From Raja brachyura (lineage: Eukaryota): a stretch of 64,000 nt of DNA. Shown here one piece after another: positions 61,250 through 64,000 of the stretch. Under the pieces are notes generated by a model. That model was not told where the DNA came from. It worked only from the letters and a program-made list of their open reading frames with translations, and made no database searches. The stretch covers positions 80,166,001 to 80,230,000 of the forward strand of contig OY740782.1 of assembly GCA_963514005.1 (NCBI GenBank). Reading direction: 5' to 3'. The position numbers were made by a program, and so were the translations under genes. Positions within the stretch are counted from its first letter, which is position 1, and each line of letters begins with the position of its first letter.

Positions 61250-62008
61250 GAATGTAAAATGGCAGCGCCTCGCAGCAATGGCCTCTGCAGTCTGTCTGTC
61301 CTTTTTTTAATTGTTGTACTGTTGAGTGTATAGTTTGGTTGTATATTGTTTTTAGCTGTGTATATGTGGGGGGGGGGGGTGGGGATTTTTAAATCTCTTC
61401 CCTGTACGGGGGACCTGACCTTTCCCCTGTTGGGTCTCCATTGTCGTTGGGGCCTAACACCGTGGAGCGGCCTCCAACCGGAACGACCTGGGGGCTCCGG
61501 TCGCGGAGCCTGCAGACTAGCCATCATGGAGCTGGCCGGCTTCGAAGCGTGGAGAGCTGTGGTGGCATGTGGCTGCGACCCGACTTCGGAGCTTCGGTGG
61601 CTCCAGCCGCAGGCCCGGTGGACAAGGACATCGGGAGCTCGCAGGTCCCTGGTGGGAGACCACTTTTTCCGAGCTCCCACAATGGCAACTTCTCCCGCCC
61701 AAGTTGCGGGGTTGAAAACGAACCGGAGCAGGGCTTTACATCGCCCAGCAAGGCTTTAATGGCCGCGGGACTTACCATCGTCCACCGTGGGCTTTAACAT
61801 CAGGAGAAGAATGGAATACAGGGGAGAAGCAATGACTTTGCCTTCCATCACAGTGAAGAGGAGATTCACTGTGATGGATGTTTGTGTAAATTGTGTTAAT
61901 TGTGTGTCTTGTTAATTGTTTCTTCTTGTTGTATGACTGCAGAAACCAAATTTTGTTTGAACTTCATTTGAGGTTCAAATGTCAAAAAACGGTATTGTAT
62001 TGTATTGT
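61250..62008 (+). mobile_element. Non-autonomous retroelement with a Rex1-like 3' end
   Basis: Starts AAAATGGCAGCGCC, GC-rich non-coding body, two 3' hairpins, (ATTGT)n tail; inserted in Penelope at GGTT|AATTCG. Confidence 0.7.
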
Positions 62009-62455
62009 AATTCGTCCCTTCCCATCCAAACCACCCCTGGCACTTTCCCTTGCAACCGCAGGAAATGCTACACTTGTCGCTTTACCTCCCCCCTTGACTC
62101 CATTCAAGGACCCAAGCAGTCTTTCCAGGTGCGGCAGAGGTTCACCTGCACCTCCTCCAACCTCATCTATTGCATCTGCTGCTCTACGTGTCAGCTGCTC
62201 TACATCGGTGAGACCAAACGTAGGTTTGCCCATCGCATCGCCCAACACCTCCACTCGGTTCGCAATAACCAACCTGATCTCCCGGTGGCTCAGCACTTCA
62301 ACTCCCTCTCCCATTCCGAATCTGACCGTTCTGCCCTGGGCCTCCTCCATGGCCAGAGTGAGTCCCACCGTAAATGGGAGGAGCAGCACCTCATATTTCA
62401 CTTGGGTAGTTTACACCCCAGCTGTATGAACATTGACTTCTCCAATTTCAGGTAG
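62009..62455 (+). pseudogene. Penelope GIY-YIG endonuclease coding remnant
   Basis: CNRRKCYTC zinc knuckle, FTCTSSNLIYCICC, YIGETKRRF..RIAQH, PVAQHFN. Confidence 0.9.
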
Positions 62456-62577
62456 TCCATGCCTTCTCCCTTTTTCCCCTCCCCATCACAGCTCTCCCAC
62501 AGCCCACTGTCTACGCCTCTTCCTTTCTTTTTCCCACTCCCCCCCCCCACATCAGTCTGAAGAAGGGTCTCGACCTG

Positions 62578-63591
62578 GGGGTAGGGTGTTGACATGGATA
62601 GAAAATTGGTTGGCAGACTGGAAGAAAAGAGTAGGAGTGAACGGGTCCTTTTCAGAATGGCAGGCAGTGGCGAGTGGAGTGCCACAAGGCTCGGTGTTGG
62701 GGCCGCAACTGTTTACCATATATATTAATGATTTGGAAGAGGGAATTAGGAGCAACACTAGCAAGTTTGCGGATGACACAAACCTGGGTGGCAGTGTGAA
62801 TTGTGAAGAGGATGTTAGGAGGTTGCAGGGTGACCTGGACAAGTTGAGTGAGTGGGCAGATGCGTGGCAGATGCAGTATAATATAGATAAATATGAGGTT
62901 ATCCACTTCGGCAGCAAAAACAAGGGGGCATATTATTATCTCAATGGAATGTTGGCCTTCATAACAAGAGGATTTCAGTATAGGAGTAAAGAGGTTCTTC
63001 TTCAGTTGTATAGGGCTCTGGTGAGACCATATCTGGAGTATTGTGTACAGTTTTGGTCTAATTTGAGGAAGGACATCCTTGTGATTGAGGCAGTGCAGCG
63101 TAGGTTCACGAGATTGATCCCTGGGATGGCGGGACTGTCATATGAGGAAAGATTGAAAAGACTAGGCTTGTAATCACTGGAGTTTAGAAGGATGAGGGGG
63201 ATCTTATAGAAACATATAAAATTATAAAAGGACTGGACAAGCTAGATGCAGGAAAAATGTTCCCAATGTTGGGCGAGTCCAGAACCAGGGGCCACAGTCT
63301 TAGAATAAAGGGGAGGACATTTAAGACTGAGGTGAGAAAGAACATTTTCACCCAGAAAGTTGTGAATTTATGGAATTCCCTGGCACAGAGGGCAGTGGAG
63401 GCCAAATCGCTGGATGGATTTAAGAGAGAGTTAGATAGATCTCTAGAGGCTAGTTGAATCTAGGGATATGGGGAGGGCAATATGGGTTATTGATAGGGGA
63501 CGATCAGCCATGATCACAATGAATGGCGGTGCTGGCTTGAAGGGCCGAATGGCCTCTTCCTGCACCTATTTTCTATGTTTTTATGTTTCAA
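62578..63591 (+). mobile_element. CR1, 5'-truncated, inserted into the Penelope terminal repeat
   Basis: RT ([17 protein letters not shown]) with an internal deletion, then tail; splits CTGAAGAAGGGTCTCGACC|TGAAACGTCACC. Confidence 0.93.
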
Positions 63592-64000
63592 TGAAACGTC
63601 ACCTATTTCCTTTGTTCCATAGATGCTGCCTCACCCGCTGAGTTTCTCCAGCATTTTTGTCTACCTTCGATTTTCCAGCATCTGCAGTTCCTTCTTAAAC
63701 ATTTAAAGTATTGCTGGTTTTATCTCAAAGGGCTTTTTCATGGTAGGCAAGAACAGATAACATCAACATTTCATGCCATCGTTAATCAGGTAGGCTGTTT
63801 AGTCCTGAATGGAAGATACTGTTGAAACTGTGCTCATCCAGACAAATGGGAGGTATTCAATCACATCCGAGCTTATGCCATGTTTATAATGGTTAAGTTA
63901 CAAAGAGTCAGGAGGTGCTGAATAGTACTTGCTGTACTTCTCTTGTCGTCTTAGCATATACTCCGGTGTAGTGCTTAATTTAATGAACTAGCATTGCCAG

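Larger units (their letters stand above)
58545..63700 (+). mobile_element. Penelope-like element split by three insertions (segments 58545-58975, 61045-61249, 62009-62577, 63592-63700)
   Basis: RT C-terminus (YIDN, LPFLDLTI, YYKPTDSH, IPYSQFLRLRRIC); GIY-YIG (NLIYCICC..LLYIGETKRR); pLTR. Host sequence rejoins across each insertion. Confidence 0.92.

Overview
This is vertebrate genomic DNA. The repeat content (V-SINE/HE1-like SINEs, abundant CR1, Penelope and Rex1) suggests a cartilaginous fish such as a skate or ray; that is inference. The window lies inside the RBMS3 gene on the minus strand. One coding exon, orthologous to human exon 2, is at 46763-46932 and was missed by the ORF track; I found no other RBMS3 exon. 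The rest is intronic and largely transposon-derived: a near full-length CR1 LINE with an open 989-aa ORF2 and tandem 5' monomers, many CR1 fragments, Rex1/Babar LINEs with non-autonomous partners, and Penelope-like elements. There are also about a dozen short Penelope terminal-repeat copies carrying a minimal hammerhead-ribozyme-like motif, some as palindromes. DNA transposons include three copies of a modular non-autonomous Helitron, three PIF/Harbinger-type elements, a hAT MITE and a decayed THAP-domain fragment. There is one assembly gap (22233-22458). Boundaries of decayed repeats were set by eye and are approximate.
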